From: Opitutia bacterium
GTDB lineage: Bacteria > Verrucomicrobiota > Verrucomicrobiia > Opitutales > T3Sed10-336
Assembly (NCBI GenBank): GCA_050506795.1
Contig: JBJHCF010000032.1
Span: 1-59,988 of the forward strand
Reading direction: 5' to 3'
Length of the DNA: 59,988 bases
The position numbers and the translations under genes were made by a program. The first letter of the stretch is position 1. Each line of letters begins with the position of its first letter. This document shows, in pieces, positions 58,973 to 59,988 of this stretch. The notes under the pieces are model-generated. The model worked only from the letters and a program-made list of their open reading frames with translations. It did no database searches and was not told the DNA's origin.

Positions 58973-59032
58973 GTTTAAAAAAATAAGCACTCGAGACATG
59001 AACGTCAAGCCATTTGCTTATTTTTTTAAACA
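58972..59032 (-). promoter_or_regulatory. Promoter flanked by a perfect 18-bp inverted operator pair
   Basis: TGTTTAAAAAAATAAGCA (58972-58989) and its exact reverse complement (59015-59032); TTGACG-N17-TATTTT-N7-ATG. Confidence 0.75.
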
Positions 59033-59072
59033 CGAAAAATTGAGATCTCAGTCCCAAAAGAATTCTTTATAG

Positions 59073-59358
59073 AACCACGAAACACTCGAAATACACTAAA
59101 TTGAAGCAAGCCCGGCGTTGTTCCGAGCTAAGCGACAACGCTGAAGACCCAACCCGGACTACTCTGAATGGCACGGTTAAGGCGGTGGATTGGTGCATCA
59201 CCGCCTCCGTGCTCGACTGAGCTCGTCGAAGTCCAGTGCCCCCCGAACCAGGAACCGTTCTTTAACCAGATTTCAGTGAGGGGCGTGGGCTCGGAATCAT
59301 ATTGGGAACGCGGGTATGCTGCCCGCCATAATCTCGTACATTTCGCGTAATTCGTGGT
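59073..59358. repeat. Inverted pair of periodic arms enclosing about 230 bp
   Basis: AACCACGAAACACTCGAAATACACTAAA / TCTCGTACATTTCGCGTAATTCGTGGT, about 20/27 complementary with 9-10-bp units. Confidence 0.65.
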
Positions 59359-59635
59359 CAATAATTCCTTAACCGAGCGCGATTCAGACTATTCTCACTC
59401 GTCCCGCTTGGGACTAAATACCTTTTCTTGGTCACCAGGAATTAAGGCAGACCGCTCGCTGAGGCGCGGAGGTTTCAATTGTTTTGCACGGTTGGTCTGC
59501 ATTAATTCGGCTTAGGATTCATCGTTTACGGCGGGCTACATTAGTCCCCTATTTCTAACCTCCTTATTGGTGCCGGCTCCACCGGGTAGCGAGCCTGTCG
59601 GCCTGCGTCGAAAGTCTCACTGGCAAGGTCTGTTC

Positions 59636-59988
59636 TCACCCAAATACGTCCTTCTGCAAATTCCTTAAGCTATAGAGGTCCCTCAACCCCTTCCCCCGCA
59701 TTCGCACCGCGCCGCTCTTGCGGTTATTGCCGAACATCCCCGCGTTCTGACGCAACACCTCCTCCACAAACTCTCGCGTCCCGATCGCCGCCCCGGCCGT
59801 GAAATAACGCACCCGGCAACGCAACACCTCAGGCAGAGTCAATTCACCCTCCCGCCCCTTCACCCGCGCCACCACACTCTTGGGCAACCCCTGCCCTTCG
59901 CCCATCAACGCCGCGTTCGCACGCCCAAACAGGTGCACCCGGTACGCCTTCTGGCACTCACGCCAATCCTCCAACTCAAGCATCCGCT
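59636..59988 (-). mobile_element. Probable C-terminus of a Y1/RAYT-like transposase (partial)
   Basis: LRCRVRYFTAGAAIGTREFVEEV...RKSGAVRMRG..LRNL resembles C-termini of PVC-type transposases as recalled. The catalytic HUH/Y domain would lie outside the window. Confidence 0.55.

Overview
High-GC bacterial chromosomal window. Gene content suggests Verrucomicrobiota/Opitutales or another PVC lineage (inference). There are three zones. (1) 1-17.3 kb is an accessory patchwork. It holds an unlisted >520-aa ORF running off the left edge, an AAA_14/DUF4143 ATPase, three VapBC toxin-antitoxin pairs, a divergent Cys-type pyrD, a rhomboid, a serine hydrolase and a broken BlaI/M56/TlpA locus. Many gene remnants lie in between (five GNAT pieces, argC C-terminus, ankyrin). 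Short ACC(A/G)C-anchored elements with 9-10-bp internal periodicity sit at several junctions, some as inverted pairs. (2) 17.3-31 kb is one minus-strand respiratory cluster: alternative complex III (actABCDEF plus actG-like), ccoS, ccoN, ccoO, a monoheme cytochrome c and a ccoI-like P1B ATPase. (3) 31.4-60 kb is mostly housekeeping: thioesterase, Nif3, aroQ, an orphan NusG/UpxY paralog, hisC, O-antigen ligase-like, MoxR/DUF58/transglutaminase, GH13, two ABC systems, tesA, a second intact BlaI/M56 pair with a distinct operator, and a probable transposase C-terminus at the right edge. No rRNA, tRNA, CRISPR or integron integrase was recognised. All family calls come from motif recognition by eye, not from database searches.
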